Source: Spirochaetia bacterium
Lineage (GTDB): Bacteria > Spirochaetota > Spirochaetia > DSM-27196 > Salinispiraceae
Length of the DNA stretch: 64,000 bases
NCBI GenBank assembly: GCA_038204425.1
Contig: JBBRCZ010000006.1
Span: forward strand, 64,001 to 128,000
Direction of reading: 5' to 3'
Shown here piece after piece: positions 1-9,883 of this stretch. A program made the translations under genes and the position numbers. The notes below the pieces were generated by a model. That model saw only the letters and a program-made list of their open reading frames with translations. It made no database searches and was not told where the DNA came from. How positions within the stretch are numbered: the first letter of the stretch is position 1; each line of letters starts with the position of its first letter.

Positions 1-135
1 TTAGTAAGCTTGATTGAAGACAAGGAAACCAAAGAAAAAATTAGGCAAGCGGGACTCGAGACAGCAGCTCAATATTCTTGGAAGAACGCCGGGGCCGCAC
101 TAAAAAAACATCTGTCGGAATGTTTTAATTTATAG
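1..135 (+). CDS. 3' end of a glycosyltransferase, probably GT4 (partial, runs off the window)
   Basis: Frame 1 is open from base 1 to TAG at 133-135: LVSLIEDKETKEKIRQAGLETAAQYSWKNAGAALKKHL, resembling the C-terminal 'G...A..YSW' helix of GT-B/GT4 enzymes; lies just before the polysaccharide genes. Confidence 0.6.
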   Translation, partial: LVSLIEDKETKEKIRQAGLETAAQYSWKNAGAALKKHLSECFNL

Positions 136-153
136 TATACTAAGGAATTGTTT

Positions 154-1182
154 ATGTTTAAGAATAAGACCCTGTTAATAACGGGGGGCACCGGTTCTTT
201 TGGAAATGCCGTCCTAGATAGATTTTTAAGCACCGATATCGCAGAAATTCGGATCTTTAGCCGGGACGAGAAGAAGCAAGACGATATGCGGCACAAATAC
301 ATGGCCGACAAGCTTCGATTTTACATTGGTGACGTTAGAGATAGAGAGTCCCTAGACAACGCGATGCGTGGCGTCGACTACGTTTTTTCTGCTGCCGCTT
401 TAAAACAAGTTCCATCCTGTGAGTTCTACCCTCTTGAAGCTGTAAAAACCAATGTTTTTGGTACTTCCAATACTATTGAGTCAGCAATTGCTCATGATGT
501 CAAACGAGTGGTTGTCTTGAGTACCGACAAGGCGGTCTATCCGATTAACGCGATGGGCATGTCAAAAGCTATGATGGAAAAAGTAATGGTGGCTAAGTCT
601 CGAAACTTAGATATCAAGAAGACCTTGCTAAGTGGAACTCGCTACGGCAATGTGATGGCATCACGTGGCTCTGTGATTCCTTTATTTATTAGGCAAATCA
701 AGCAAAACAAAGCAATGACCATAACTGATCCAAACATGACCCGTTTCATGATGTCGCTGCTCGATGCAGTAGAACTGGTTCTCTTTGCTTTTAACAACTG
801 CAACCAGGGCGATATGTTTGTACAAAAAGCTCCTGCTGCCACCATTGAAGACCTAGCATACGTCCTCCGCGATATTTTTAATGGCAAGAACGAGGTAGCG
901 GTAATCGGCACCCGACACGGTGAAAAACTGTATGAAACATTGCTTTCAAAAGAAGAAGCAATCTGCGCACACGATATGGGAGACTACTATAGAGTCCCCG
1001 CTGACACGCGAGACTTGAACTATGGTAAGTTCTTTGAAGAAGGCGATACGAGAATCAGCATTTCAGAAGAGTACAACTCACACAATACAGAACGTCTGGA
1101 CAGATCAAGCTTAAAGAAGCTTTTGCTTAACTTGGACTATGTAAAGTCGGCAATTCTGGGCACAGAAGGTGAAGGCGTATGA
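154..1182 (+). CDS. fnlA: UDP-GlcNAc 4,6-dehydratase/5-epimerase (FnlA/CapE/WbjB)
   Basis: ITGGTGSFG, FSRDEKKQDDMR, AAALKQVPSCEFYP, STDKAVYPINAMG, YGNVMASRGSVIP; ATG at 154 follows AAGGA. Confidence 0.92.
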   Translation: MFKNKTLLITGGTGSFGNAVLDRFLSTDIAEIRIFSRDEKKQDDMRHKYMADKLRFYIGDVRDRESLDNAMRGVDYVFSAAALKQVPSCEFYPLEAVKTNVFGTSNTIESAIAHDVKRVVVLSTDKAVYPINAMGMSKAMMEKVMVAKSRNLDIKKTLLSGTRYGNVMASRGSVIPLFIRQIKQNKAMTITDPNMTRFMMSLLDAVELVLFAFNNCNQGDMFVQKAPAATIEDLAYVLRDIFNGKNEVAVIGTRHGEKLYETLLSKEEAICAHDMGDYYRVPADTRDLNYGKFFEEGDTRISISEEYNSHNTERLDRSSLKKLLLNLDYVKSAILGTEGEGV

Positions 1183-2297
1183 TCGAGGTTTTGATAACCG
1201 GCGCCAAAGGATTTATTGGCAAAAACCTTGTTGTGCACCTCGATAATCGGTCAGATATTCATTTGCATAAGTTCGACCATGGCGACTCTTTGGAGAGTTT
1301 GGAACTAGCTCTTAAGTCTTCCGAAGTAGTTTTTCACCTTGCGGGAGTCAATCGTCCGACGGACATGGCTGAGTTTGCTCAAGGAAACCGAGATTTTACC
1401 GGCAAGATGCTCGAGATTCTTCGACGTCTCGATAGGTCACCTTTATTTATGCTAACTTCGTCGATACAAGCTGAACTGGATAACCCCTACGGAAAGAGTA
1501 AAAAAGAGGCAGAAGAATTGATTCTGGAATTCTACAAGGATACGCCAGAACAAGTGTATATATTTCGTCTAACAAATGTATTTGGAAAATGGTGCCGACC
1601 GTTCTACAATTCTGTAGTCGCAACCTTCTGTCACCAATTAAGCCACGGAGAAGAGATTAGAATAGACGACGCCACGAAGCAAATAGAATTTGTTTATATT
1701 GATGATCTAGTCTCAACGTGTTTGTCCATAGTCGAAGGTAATTTCAAAGGCTCAAGCAATCGACCTTTTGTTACGATGCAACCGACTTACCGGGTCGAAC
1801 TGGGTGATCTTGCCGACCGTTTGCGTTTTGTTGCATCGATTCGCAAGACAGGGCTCTTGCCAGATCTTTTTGATCCTATGAATAAGTATCTGTATGCCAC
1901 CTATCTGTCGTACCTTGAGGCAGATGATTTTGCTTATCAACTAGAGAAAAAGTCAGATGACAGAGGCTACCTTTTTGAACTTTTGAAGTCCGCTCATTTT
2001 GGACAAATGTTTGTTTCTCGAACCTATCCAGGGATTAGTCGCGGAAACCATTACCATCACACCAAGGTCGAAAAATTTGTAGTTGTGGAAGGGCAAGCAA
2101 AAATATCCTTTAGACAGATACTTGGCAACCAGAGTTTTGATTATTTGGTCGAAGGTTCAGAATGTCGAGTTGTTGATATTCCACCTGGCTACACCCATTC
2201 AATCACCAACATTGGTGAAACCGATCTTATCACTTTGTTTTGGGCCAATGAAATATTTGATGCAAATCACCCCGATACTACATTTCTAAAAGTTTAA
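1179..2297 (+). CDS. fnlB: SDR + C-terminal cupin UDP-sugar reductase (FnlB/CapF/WbjC)
   Basis: ITGAKGFIG, HLAGVNRP, NPYGKSK, NVFGKWCRPFYNSVVATFC, cupin RGNHYHHTKVEKF...DIPPGYTHSI; ATGA overlap with fnlA. Confidence 0.9.
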   Translation: MIEVLITGAKGFIGKNLVVHLDNRSDIHLHKFDHGDSLESLELALKSSEVVFHLAGVNRPTDMAEFAQGNRDFTGKMLEILRRLDRSPLFMLTSSIQAELDNPYGKSKKEAEELILEFYKDTPEQVYIFRLTNVFGKWCRPFYNSVVATFCHQLSHGEEIRIDDATKQIEFVYIDDLVSTCLSIVEGNFKGSSNRPFVTMQPTYRVELGDLADRLRFVASIRKTGLLPDLFDPMNKYLYATYLSYLEADDFAYQLEKKSDDRGYLFELLKSAHFGQMFVSRTYPGISRGNHYHHTKVEKFVVVEGQAKISFRQILGNQSFDYLVEGSECRVVDIPPGYTHSITNIGETDLITLFWANEIFDANHPDTTFLKV

Positions 2298-2326
2298 CAC
2301 AATGACACAAGGACTGGAAACTTAAG

Positions 2327-3472
2327 ATGCAACAAAACAAAAGAACTAAAGTGATGACTGTAGTTGGCACGCGTCCTGAGATAATTCGTTTAGCGTGTGT
2401 GATGCAATATTTAGATAAGCATGTCGACCATGTCTTAGTGCATACGGGCCAAAACTATGACTATGAATTGAACAAGATTTTTTTTGACGACATGGGACTT
2501 AGGAAGCCCGACCACTTTCTTGAAGCCGCAGGTGAATCTGCCGCAGCAACAATTGGCCGCATAATAGAAAAAATGGATCTAGTGTTGGAAAAGGAAATGC
2601 CCGATGCCTTATTAGTTTTGGGTGACACCAATTCTTGCTTGGCAGCGCTGCCAGCGAAACGCAGAAAAGTTCCAATTTTTCACATGGAAGCTGGCAATCG
2701 ATGTTTTGACCAACGTGTCCCCGAGGAAACCAATCGGAAAATAGTCGACCACCTTGCAGACATCAATATGCCTTACTCGACAATCGCTCGGGATTACCTT
2801 TTGCGCGAAGGCATTCCTGCTGATCGAGTTATTAAAACAGGAAGTCCGATGTTTGAGGTATTAAATCACTATAAAGAAAGAATCGCTGCTTCTCAAATTC
2901 TTAAAACACTGGGACTTAAAACTGGCAGCTACTTTGTGGTGAGCTGCCATCGCGAAGAGAATGTTGACTCGGATACGAATCTCGATAACCTAGTTCTTAG
3001 TTTGAACGCAATTGCGCAGACATTTGGACTACCTATCATCATGTCCACCCATCCCCGAACTAGAAAACGCTTTGAAGCCAAGAAAGTAAAACTCAATTCG
3101 TTGATTCAAACCTTAAAGCCGATGGGCTTTTCTGACTATGTTAAGCTCCAGCTAGAATCAAAGCTGGTTTTATCTGACTCTGGCACTATAAATGAAGAAT
3201 CGTCTATTCTCAATTTTCCGGCACTCAACATTAGAGAAGCACATGAACGACCTGAGGGCATGGAAGAGGGTTCCGTGATCATGTCCGGTTTGGAACCAAA
3301 CAGAGTTTTGGAAGCGGCAAATATAGCTATGGCCCAAACTAGGTTGGATGAACGTCAGTTTCGTTTGGTAGCTGACTATTCAATGCCTAACGTTTCCGAG
3401 AAAGTTTTACGAATTATTCTGAGCTACATTCCCTACATTAACCAGAACGTCTGGAAAAAAGGGTCGTTATAG
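2327..3472 (+). CDS. fnlC: UDP-N-acetylhexosamine 2-epimerase (FnlC/CapG/WbjD, WecB family)
   Basis: VVGTRPEIIRL, HTGQNYDYEL, HMEAGNRCFDQRVPEETNR, SDSGTINEE; third gene of fnlABC. Confidence 0.9.
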   Translation: MQQNKRTKVMTVVGTRPEIIRLACVMQYLDKHVDHVLVHTGQNYDYELNKIFFDDMGLRKPDHFLEAAGESAAATIGRIIEKMDLVLEKEMPDALLVLGDTNSCLAALPAKRRKVPIFHMEAGNRCFDQRVPEETNRKIVDHLADINMPYSTIARDYLLREGIPADRVIKTGSPMFEVLNHYKERIAASQILKTLGLKTGSYFVVSCHREENVDSDTNLDNLVLSLNAIAQTFGLPIIMSTHPRTRKRFEAKKVKLNSLIQTLKPMGFSDYVKLQLESKLVLSDSGTINEESSILNFPALNIREAHERPEGMEEGSVIMSGLEPNRVLEAANIAMAQTRLDERQFRLVADYSMPNVSEKVLRIILSYIPYINQNVWKKGSL

Positions 3473-3473
3473 A

Positions 3474-4313
3474 ATGGCCATCCAAACGATTAGTGCGTCG
3501 GTGGTTCTGTTCCAAACAAAACCCGCGGATTTGTTTAGACTTGTAGAATGTTATCTTAGGTCTGATTGCGCTGGGACCCTGTATTTAATAGACAATTCAC
3601 CGTCAGAAACAGACATTTCCCGCTTTTCCGACTCTCGAATACAGTACCGCTTCAACAATAGCAACCTTGGTTATGGGGCAGGGCACAATGTTGCGATTAA
3701 CGAGAGTGTTAAGAAGGGCTACAAATACCATGTAGTCCTAAATCCCGACGTCTATTTTGACACGGAGCTCTTGACCGGCTTGCTTGGCTACGCTGAGACT
3801 CACTCGTCGGTTGGACTAATAATGCCAAAAGTTCTCTACCCTGACGGAAGCTTGCAATATTTATGTAAACTTTTGCCGACCCCGTTTGACCTCATTGGAC
3901 GCAGATTTTTACCTTTTAAGTCTATTGTCGAGAAGAGAAATCAGAGGTTCGAACTCAGGGGCAGTGGTTATAACCAAGCAATGAACATACCCTACTTGTC
4001 AGGTTGCTTCATGTTTTTGAGAAATGAGGCTGTCACAAAAGTAGGTGCTTTTGATGAAAAAATATTTATGTATTGTGAAGATATCGATCTATCGCGGCGA
4101 ATTCACGAGCACTATCAGACCATATTTTTGCCCAACTTTACCATCATCCACGAGCACAAAAAAGAGTCGTTTGTTAATAAAAAATTACTAAAAGCCCATG
4201 TTAAATCCGCTATTTACTATTTTAATAAGTGGGGATGGATTTTTGATAGGGAAAGACGGTTATTTAACAAGCGTGCATTGACCTACCTAGAGAAACAGGA
4301 TGCACCAGACTAA
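3474..4313 (+). CDS. GT2 glycosyltransferase, probable rhamnosyltransferase
   Basis: IDNS, NLGYGAGHN, LNPDV, SGCFM, FDEKIFMYCEDIDLSRR; directly upstream of the rfb genes. Confidence 0.85.
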   Translation: MAIQTISASVVLFQTKPADLFRLVECYLRSDCAGTLYLIDNSPSETDISRFSDSRIQYRFNNSNLGYGAGHNVAINESVKKGYKYHVVLNPDVYFDTELLTGLLGYAETHSSVGLIMPKVLYPDGSLQYLCKLLPTPFDLIGRRFLPFKSIVEKRNQRFELRGSGYNQAMNIPYLSGCFMFLRNEAVTKVGAFDEKIFMYCEDIDLSRRIHEHYQTIFLPNFTIIHEHKKESFVNKKLLKAHVKSAIYYFNKWGWIFDRERRLFNKRALTYLEKQDAPD

Positions 4314-4322
4314 GGAGTAAAC

Positions 4323-5195
4323 ATGAAAGGTATAATTCTTGCCGGTGGAGCTGGAACGCGTTTGTATCCGGTTACCAAAGTTGTCTGCAAACAGCTTTTG
4401 CCGGTTTTTGATAAACCTATGATCTACTATCCGCTATCTACTCTAATGTTAGCGGGTATCACCGACATTCTCATAATATCGACACCGGAAGATACGCCGC
4501 GCTTTAAGGATCTACTAGGCACTGGTCAAGAAATCGGGATTTCTTTGCACTACAAAGTGCAAGAAGTTCCCAATGGCTTGGCTCAAGCTTTTGTTTTGGG
4601 GCGTGAGTTTATTGGTGATGATTCGGTTTGCCTAGTTCTTGGAGACAATATCTTCTTTGGCCATGGCTTAACTGAAATGCTGCAAAAAGCGGCGGTAATT
4701 CAAAATGGTGCCAAAGTGTTTGGCTATTATGTGGCAGACCCAGAGCGCTACGGAGTGGCCGAATTTGACAAACAGGGGAATGTACTCAGCCTCGAGGAGA
4801 AGCCCACTAAACCAAAGAGCAACTATGCTGTAGTCGGTCTCTACTTTTATGACAATCAAGTGGTGGACATCGCCTCCAAGCTGAAGCCGTCCGCTCGAGG
4901 CGAATATGAGATCACCGACCTCAACAAAGAATATTTGGCCAGTGGGCAGCTGAGTGTCGAGTTAATGGGGCGAGGGTTCGCTTGGTTGGATACTGGAACT
5001 CATGACAGCTTGGCCGATGCAACTTCTTTTGTTAAGGCCGTGCAAGACAGGCAGAACCTAAAAATCGCTTGTATAGAAGAGATCGCTTGGCGCATGGGAT
5101 TTATAGACAAGCAGCAGCTGGCCACGCTGGCCGAGAAACTAAAAAAGTCAACCTACGGTGAGTATTTGCTCAAGTTGCTATCAGATCAAAATTAA
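4323..5195 (+). CDS. rfbA: Glucose-1-phosphate thymidylyltransferase (RmlA)
   Basis: [63 protein letters not shown]. Confidence 0.97.
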   Translation: MKGIILAGGAGTRLYPVTKVVCKQLLPVFDKPMIYYPLSTLMLAGITDILIISTPEDTPRFKDLLGTGQEIGISLHYKVQEVPNGLAQAFVLGREFIGDDSVCLVLGDNIFFGHGLTEMLQKAAVIQNGAKVFGYYVADPERYGVAEFDKQGNVLSLEEKPTKPKSNYAVVGLYFYDNQVVDIASKLKPSARGEYEITDLNKEYLASGQLSVELMGRGFAWLDTGTHDSLADATSFVKAVQDRQNLKIACIEEIAWRMGFIDKQQLATLAEKLKKSTYGEYLLKLLSDQN

Positions 5196-5212
5196 CTATA
5201 CGAGAGGTTCCA

Positions 5213-5761
5213 ATGCCGTTTGAATTTATCCCAGGCCCACTGAAAGGTATCGTAATCATCAGACCAGGAGTGTTTCCAGATGAGCGTGGGTTCTTTTTTG
5301 AATCCTACAAGCATTCTGAGTTCTGCAAGGCAGGTATTACAGAAACCTTTGTCCAAGACAACCACAGTCGATCTAACCGAGCTGTGTTGCGAGGGCTACA
5401 CTATCAAAATTCGCCACATGCGCAAGGAAAACTTGTCAGGGTCGTAAGAGGAGCGGTTTGGGATGTGGCGGTTGATATTAGACCAGATTCAGAAACCTAT
5501 TTGGAATGGTTTGGAATAGAATTATCAGAAGAGAATCGTACTATGTTTTATGTTCCGGCAGGTTTCGCACATGGCTTTTTGACACTAAAGGACGATACGG
5601 AATTTCTATACAAATGTACAGCTGAGTACCACAAGGCAAGCGAAGCCGGGATTCGCTACAATGATCCCAAACTTGCAATTAAGTGGCCGGATCTGGGAAC
5701 GGCAGCTTTGGTTTCTACCAAAGATGATGTATTGCCGCGCCTCGATCAGGGCAAGGAATAG
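5213..5761 (+). CDS. rfbC: dTDP-4-dehydrorhamnose 3,5-epimerase (RmlC)
   Basis: DERGFFFE, FVQDNHSRS, LRGLHYQ, QGKLVRV, DVAVDIR, GFAHGF. Confidence 0.96.
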   Translation: MPFEFIPGPLKGIVIIRPGVFPDERGFFFESYKHSEFCKAGITETFVQDNHSRSNRAVLRGLHYQNSPHAQGKLVRVVRGAVWDVAVDIRPDSETYLEWFGIELSEENRTMFYVPAGFAHGFLTLKDDTEFLYKCTAEYHKASEAGIRYNDPKLAIKWPDLGTAALVSTKDDVLPRLDQGKE

Positions 5762-5765
5762 AAAT

Positions 5766-6671
5766 ATGATTTGGATTGTTGGTAGTAAAGGCATGCTTGG
5801 AACCGAACTTGCAAAAACTCTTGAACAAACAGGAATTGCTTACCACGGGAGCGATCGAGAACTGGATATAAGGGACTTGGCATTGCTCACTACTTTTGTA
5901 GAAGCGACTTTTGGCAAGTCCACTGAGAGTAGTCTACGATGGATAGTTAATTGTTCTGCCTATACCGCGGTAGATAAAGCCGAAGACGAATATGAACTTG
6001 CAAAGTCGATCAATGCTGACGGCGTTGCCAACTTGGCTACTTTAGCCAATAAGCTGGATGTTCCCTTACTACATCTCAGCACCGACTATGTATTTGACGG
6101 TGAAGGAATAAAAGGTGTTGACGGCCAACTGCGGGCCTACCAGGAGCATGATCCAATTGCGCCACAAGGGGCCTATGGAAAAACCAAATCCATGGGTGAG
6201 CAAGTTCTTAGGTCTATCTGCCCAAAACACGTCATATTGAGAACCGCTTGGCTCTATGGTGAATATGGACCCAATTTTGTTTCAACAATGCTTAGACTAA
6301 TGGCAGAACGTGAGAACTTAGGGGTGGTTGCGGACCAATGGGGAGCACCTAGCTGGGCGGCAGATTTGGCCCAAGCGATTGTTGCAGTGATTCGCCATCC
6401 ATTGCCAAGTTGGGGTACTTTTCATGCCAGCGGAGAAGGCTGCTGCAGCTGGTACGACTTTGCATGTGAGATTCAAAACCAAGCTTTGGAGCTTGGTATC
6501 TTGATCAAGAAGGCAACCATCAATTCATTGAGCAGCGAACAGTACCCCACAAAAACTAAGAGACCTGCTTGGTCGGTACTAGATAAGTCAAAGTTAGCAG
6601 CCGACTATGGCTTTGTTTTTCCTGACTGGCAGTCGAGCTTAATTGCCTACTTAAAAAGCATAGTTAAATAA
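5766..6671 (+). CDS. rfbD: dTDP-4-dehydrorhamnose reductase (RmlD)
   Basis: Start reassigned to ATG 5766 (MIWIVGSKGMLG); AYTAVDKAE, STDYVFDG, YGKTK, RTAWLY, DQWGAP. Confidence 0.95.
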   Translation: MIWIVGSKGMLGTELAKTLEQTGIAYHGSDRELDIRDLALLTTFVEATFGKSTESSLRWIVNCSAYTAVDKAEDEYELAKSINADGVANLATLANKLDVPLLHLSTDYVFDGEGIKGVDGQLRAYQEHDPIAPQGAYGKTKSMGEQVLRSICPKHVILRTAWLYGEYGPNFVSTMLRLMAERENLGVVADQWGAPSWAADLAQAIVAVIRHPLPSWGTFHASGEGCCSWYDFACEIQNQALELGILIKKATINSLSSEQYPTKTKRPAWSVLDKSKLAADYGFVFPDWQSSLIAYLKSIVK

Positions 6672-6684
6672 AGGAAGCGCCATA

Positions 6685-7827
6685 ATGCAACAAACAACTA
6701 ATTCCGCTACTCCACGATCATTAAACAATATTCTGGTCACTGGAGGTGCGGGTTTTATCGGCAGCAATTTTATTCGTTATCTGTTTGGACTCGGCGCTCT
6801 CGACCCCTTTGAACAGCGGCAGTTTAAAGGCCGCGTTATCAATCTGGACGTCTTAACCTATGCTGGCAACCTGTTAAATCTTGTAGACGTTGAAGAAGCT
6901 TTTGGACTTACAGGTCAAAGTCAGTCTGATGTACGTTACTTCTTTGAGCAAGCTGATATTAGTGACCGCCAGGCAATAGAGCTTGTCTTTGCAAAGTACC
7001 AAATCGATACTGTGGTGCACTTTGCTGCAGAAAGCCATGTGGACCGAAGTATCCACGGACCAGAAGCCTTTGTCAAAACTAACGTATTTGGCACTTTTAC
7101 TTTGTTGGATGTGGCGCGGCACTATTGGAAAGACAGATCGGATGTGCTTTTTCACCAGGTTAGCACCGATGAAGTCTATGGCTCGCTTGGCGAGACTGGC
7201 TTTTTTTATGAGGACACAGCCTACGATCCGCGCAGTCCCTACAGTGCGACCAAAGCTGCAAGTGATCACTTGGTAATGGCCTACAGTCATACTTACCACA
7301 TGCCGGTCACCCTAAGTAATTGCAGCAACAACTATGGTCCATTCCAGTTTCCCGAAAAGTTGATACCTGTCATGATTTTAAACATGTTGGAAGCAAAGCC
7401 TTTGCCTGTTTATGGAGACGGTAAAAACATTCGCGATTGGCTCTATGTTGAGGATCACAACAGTGCTGTTTGGGCAATTATGAACCGAGGCAGATTAGGT
7501 CAATGTTATAATATTGGCGGTGAAAATGAGTGGGAAAACATTAGGCTTTTAAAAGCACTTATAGGAATAGTTGCTCGCCAGACTGGTAAGTCAGATGCAG
7601 ACCTCAACTCGTTAATTAGCTATGTGAAGGATAGACCAGGTCATGATCGTCGATATGCCATTAACTGTGACAAGCTAAAAGGGGAACTTGGCTGGCGTCA
7701 ATCGTTAAGCTTTGAAGAAGGCCTAGAAAAAACCGTCGCTTGGTACCTCGGTAACCATGAATGGCTCGCTTTGGTCAAAAGTGGCGTGTACCGAACTTGG
7801 ATGGAACAAAACTACCAATCCCGCTAG
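6685..7827 (+). CDS. rfbB: dTDP-glucose 4,6-dehydratase (RmlB)
   Basis: LVTGGAGFIGSNF, TYAGN, HFAAESHVDRSI, STDEVYG, SPYSATKA, DRPGHDRRYA. Confidence 0.97.
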   Translation: MQQTTNSATPRSLNNILVTGGAGFIGSNFIRYLFGLGALDPFEQRQFKGRVINLDVLTYAGNLLNLVDVEEAFGLTGQSQSDVRYFFEQADISDRQAIELVFAKYQIDTVVHFAAESHVDRSIHGPEAFVKTNVFGTFTLLDVARHYWKDRSDVLFHQVSTDEVYGSLGETGFFYEDTAYDPRSPYSATKAASDHLVMAYSHTYHMPVTLSNCSNNYGPFQFPEKLIPVMILNMLEAKPLPVYGDGKNIRDWLYVEDHNSAVWAIMNRGRLGQCYNIGGENEWENIRLLKALIGIVARQTGKSDADLNSLISYVKDRPGHDRRYAINCDKLKGELGWRQSLSFEEGLEKTVAWYLGNHEWLALVKSGVYRTWMEQNYQSR

Positions 7828-7833
7828 GTCTGC

Positions 7834-9051
7834 TCACATTGAGGCGTTTATTTGGGCCGCAATCGCTATTCCGATTCTTTGGAAGTTGGAAATTTCTCCG
7901 TTTAGTCTGCCATAATACAGCGGTATACCAATTGCAATGTTTAAGTAGGTAAACGGTGTCAAAATAATGCCGGTCTGGACACTGCCGGTGTTGTCAGTAA
8001 AATTGTGTCTCCATTCTATTGCCCAGTCAATGCCGCTATTATCTAAGTTTTTCCACAAAAGCTTAATGGTACAGTTGTGTCCCGACAAGGCAAGAGCGTC
8101 GCTAACTAGGGCCACGCCTTGGTCGCGCTCACCGTTGAAGAAATACTCTCCACCAAGCTGAATATTAGGGGTCTTCCATTCATAATAGAAGCCAGTGACG
8201 ACACTAAAAAACCATTGTGACCAATTAGTAGACACTACTTTGGCTTCGGCAAAGTAGTCTATGCCCAAGAACGCAGTTTTAATCGAAGTGAAGGCCTGCA
8301 GCCCCAAGGATTCTTGATATAAGACTCCAAGTCCCCATTCTATAGGTCCAAGACTTAAAGTACCGCGCAATCCGTAGCCCAAATTATACGGCGAAAAAGC
8401 TGCAGCGCTACCATGGTACCAGTCTTTGGAAATAACGATTGCGCTGAGGTAATGTAGGCCAAGTGGAATATCTGCTTTAATGATAAAAGGATTGCTGCCT
8501 CCCGGGCCTCGAGACAAGAGATCTACGGCGTTGTAGATACGAGCATTGCCCCAAGTGGGTAGTGCATTGCCAAATCGCAGAAAAATAGCGTCTGCAATCG
8601 TGTAGTCAAGAATTAGGTTGCCCAAAGCAATGGTGTAGCCAGGATAGGAAGCGCTTATACTAACCAGTCCATATAGGTCGCTGGTGGGCCTAATTGAAAC
8701 ACCAAATGAGGAGTTGAGTGTAACTCCAGCATTGGGGTCAAAGCCTTTGGCAATATCAGTAAAATCAATCCAGTCGGCCCAGCCGACGCCGAGCCCGCCT
8801 TGGAGCGTAAAACTCGCAAAAACTTTGATGGCACTATCACTTATAAAGCTTTCTAAAAAGTTGGTGTTGTTGTCCTCGACTTTAAGATCCTCGGTGTCGG
8901 TAAACAAATCATCAACAGAAACATCCGGGATTTCCTGATATTCCAAAACAACCAAGTCATCCTCTTGCGCATAAGTCTGGCTAGGTATTGTTAAACAAAG
9001 AGCAAGAAAGCCAAGCAATAAGCGCGCACCGCGGCCGAGCCTATTAACCAT
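7834..9051 (-). CDS. Exported protein, probable outer-membrane beta-barrel
   Basis: Signal peptide (LLLGFLALCLTIPSQTYA-Q), acidic N-terminal segment, alternating hydrophobic/aromatic beta-strand pattern; last gene of the permease/LolA-like operon. Confidence 0.6.
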   Translation of the reverse strand: MVNRLGRGARLLLGFLALCLTIPSQTYAQEDDLVVLEYQEIPDVSVDDLFTDTEDLKVEDNNTNFLESFISDSAIKVFASFTLQGGLGVGWADWIDFTDIAKGFDPNAGVTLNSSFGVSIRPTSDLYGLVSISASYPGYTIALGNLILDYTIADAIFLRFGNALPTWGNARIYNAVDLLSRGPGGSNPFIIKADIPLGLHYLSAIVISKDWYHGSAAAFSPYNLGYGLRGTLSLGPIEWGLGVLYQESLGLQAFTSIKTAFLGIDYFAEAKVVSTNWSQWFFSVVTGFYYEWKTPNIQLGGEYFFNGERDQGVALVSDALALSGHNCTIKLLWKNLDNSGIDWAIEWRHNFTDNTGSVQTGIILTPFTYLNIAIGIPLYYGRLNGEISNFQRIGIAIAAQINASM

Positions 9052-9853
9052 TCAGTTTCTCCAAATAGGCTTGAGTAAAAGTATTTTGTGGCAAATCCAC
9101 AAGAGAAGGCTGACTAATGGTAATCTGTGTTTTTTCGCTCACAAATGAACCGGCAATATTTTTGCCTTTAAGAATATCTACGATAATAATATTGGTAGGG
9201 ATGTAGCGACTGCCCACTTTTTGATACTGTGGAATCGCTGTCGTGCGCAAATGTTGGCCAGACAGACTATAGTCTTTGGTTTGGCGGACGAGGCTATCCG
9301 CGCTGCTCAACCATACTTTCATGCGTGGAAAAGTGACTTCGTCAGTGGTGGACTCTAGATCAAGTACCCAACAATCAAATCGGCCAAGTTTTTCTGGTGT
9401 TACCTTGGTAACCTGGTAGTCGCCACCCAAATTGGATCTTGTAAAGTCAGAATTTCGCGCATTGAGGTTCTGAAAACGATCGCGCGCGCTTGTAAATGTG
9501 GCGCGACGACTTTCGGGGTCATAGAACCACAAGTTGTTATCAACCTTAAGGTATCCTTTGCCCTTGTCCACTTCTGGCAGTTTCATAACAATCAGATACT
9601 TGTTCTCACGGTCCCTTCTAAAGATAATTGCGGTTTTGTATACCTTACCTTCTCCAGGAACATCCTGAACAAACTGATACTGTGCAGTAAAGTCACTATC
9701 CATAAAAGTAACCAGTTGGTCTGACTGTTTGAGAACATCCTGCGCGCGTGCAACGTTGGGAGTTTGTGCTCCAAGACCGGTTGCCATAACAATTAAAAAA
9801 GTTAAGACCAGAAAACTGTGCGTGTGCACTTTAGGTAAACTGAAGACATGCAT
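9044..9853 (-). CDS. LolA-like 'outer membrane lipoprotein-sorting' periplasmic protein
   Basis: Signal peptide; DKGKGYLKVDNNLWFYDP, RDRFQNLNARNSDF and DYSLSGQHLRT resemble this family; follows two FtsX-type permeases. Confidence 0.75.
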   Translation of the reverse strand: MHVFSLPKVHTHSFLVLTFLIVMATGLGAQTPNVARAQDVLKQSDQLVTFMDSDFTAQYQFVQDVPGEGKVYKTAIIFRRDRENKYLIVMKLPEVDKGKGYLKVDNNLWFYDPESRRATFTSARDRFQNLNARNSDFTRSNLGGDYQVTKVTPEKLGRFDCWVLDLESTTDEVTFPRMKVWLSSADSLVRQTKDYSLSGQHLRTTAIPQYQKVGSRYIPTNIIIVDILKGKNIAGSFVSEKTQITISQPSLVDLPQNTFTQAYLEKLNG

Positions 9854-9883
9854 ATTTGATACACTCCTTGTTGGATAAGTGGC

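Noticed and set aside
5661..5765. Long N-terminal extensions in the ORF track (rfbD and similarly at 13734, 15638, 26980, 30695, 51731, 53998)
   Set aside because: Longest-ORF artefacts; downstream starts fit SDs, promoters, signal peptides or family N-termini better
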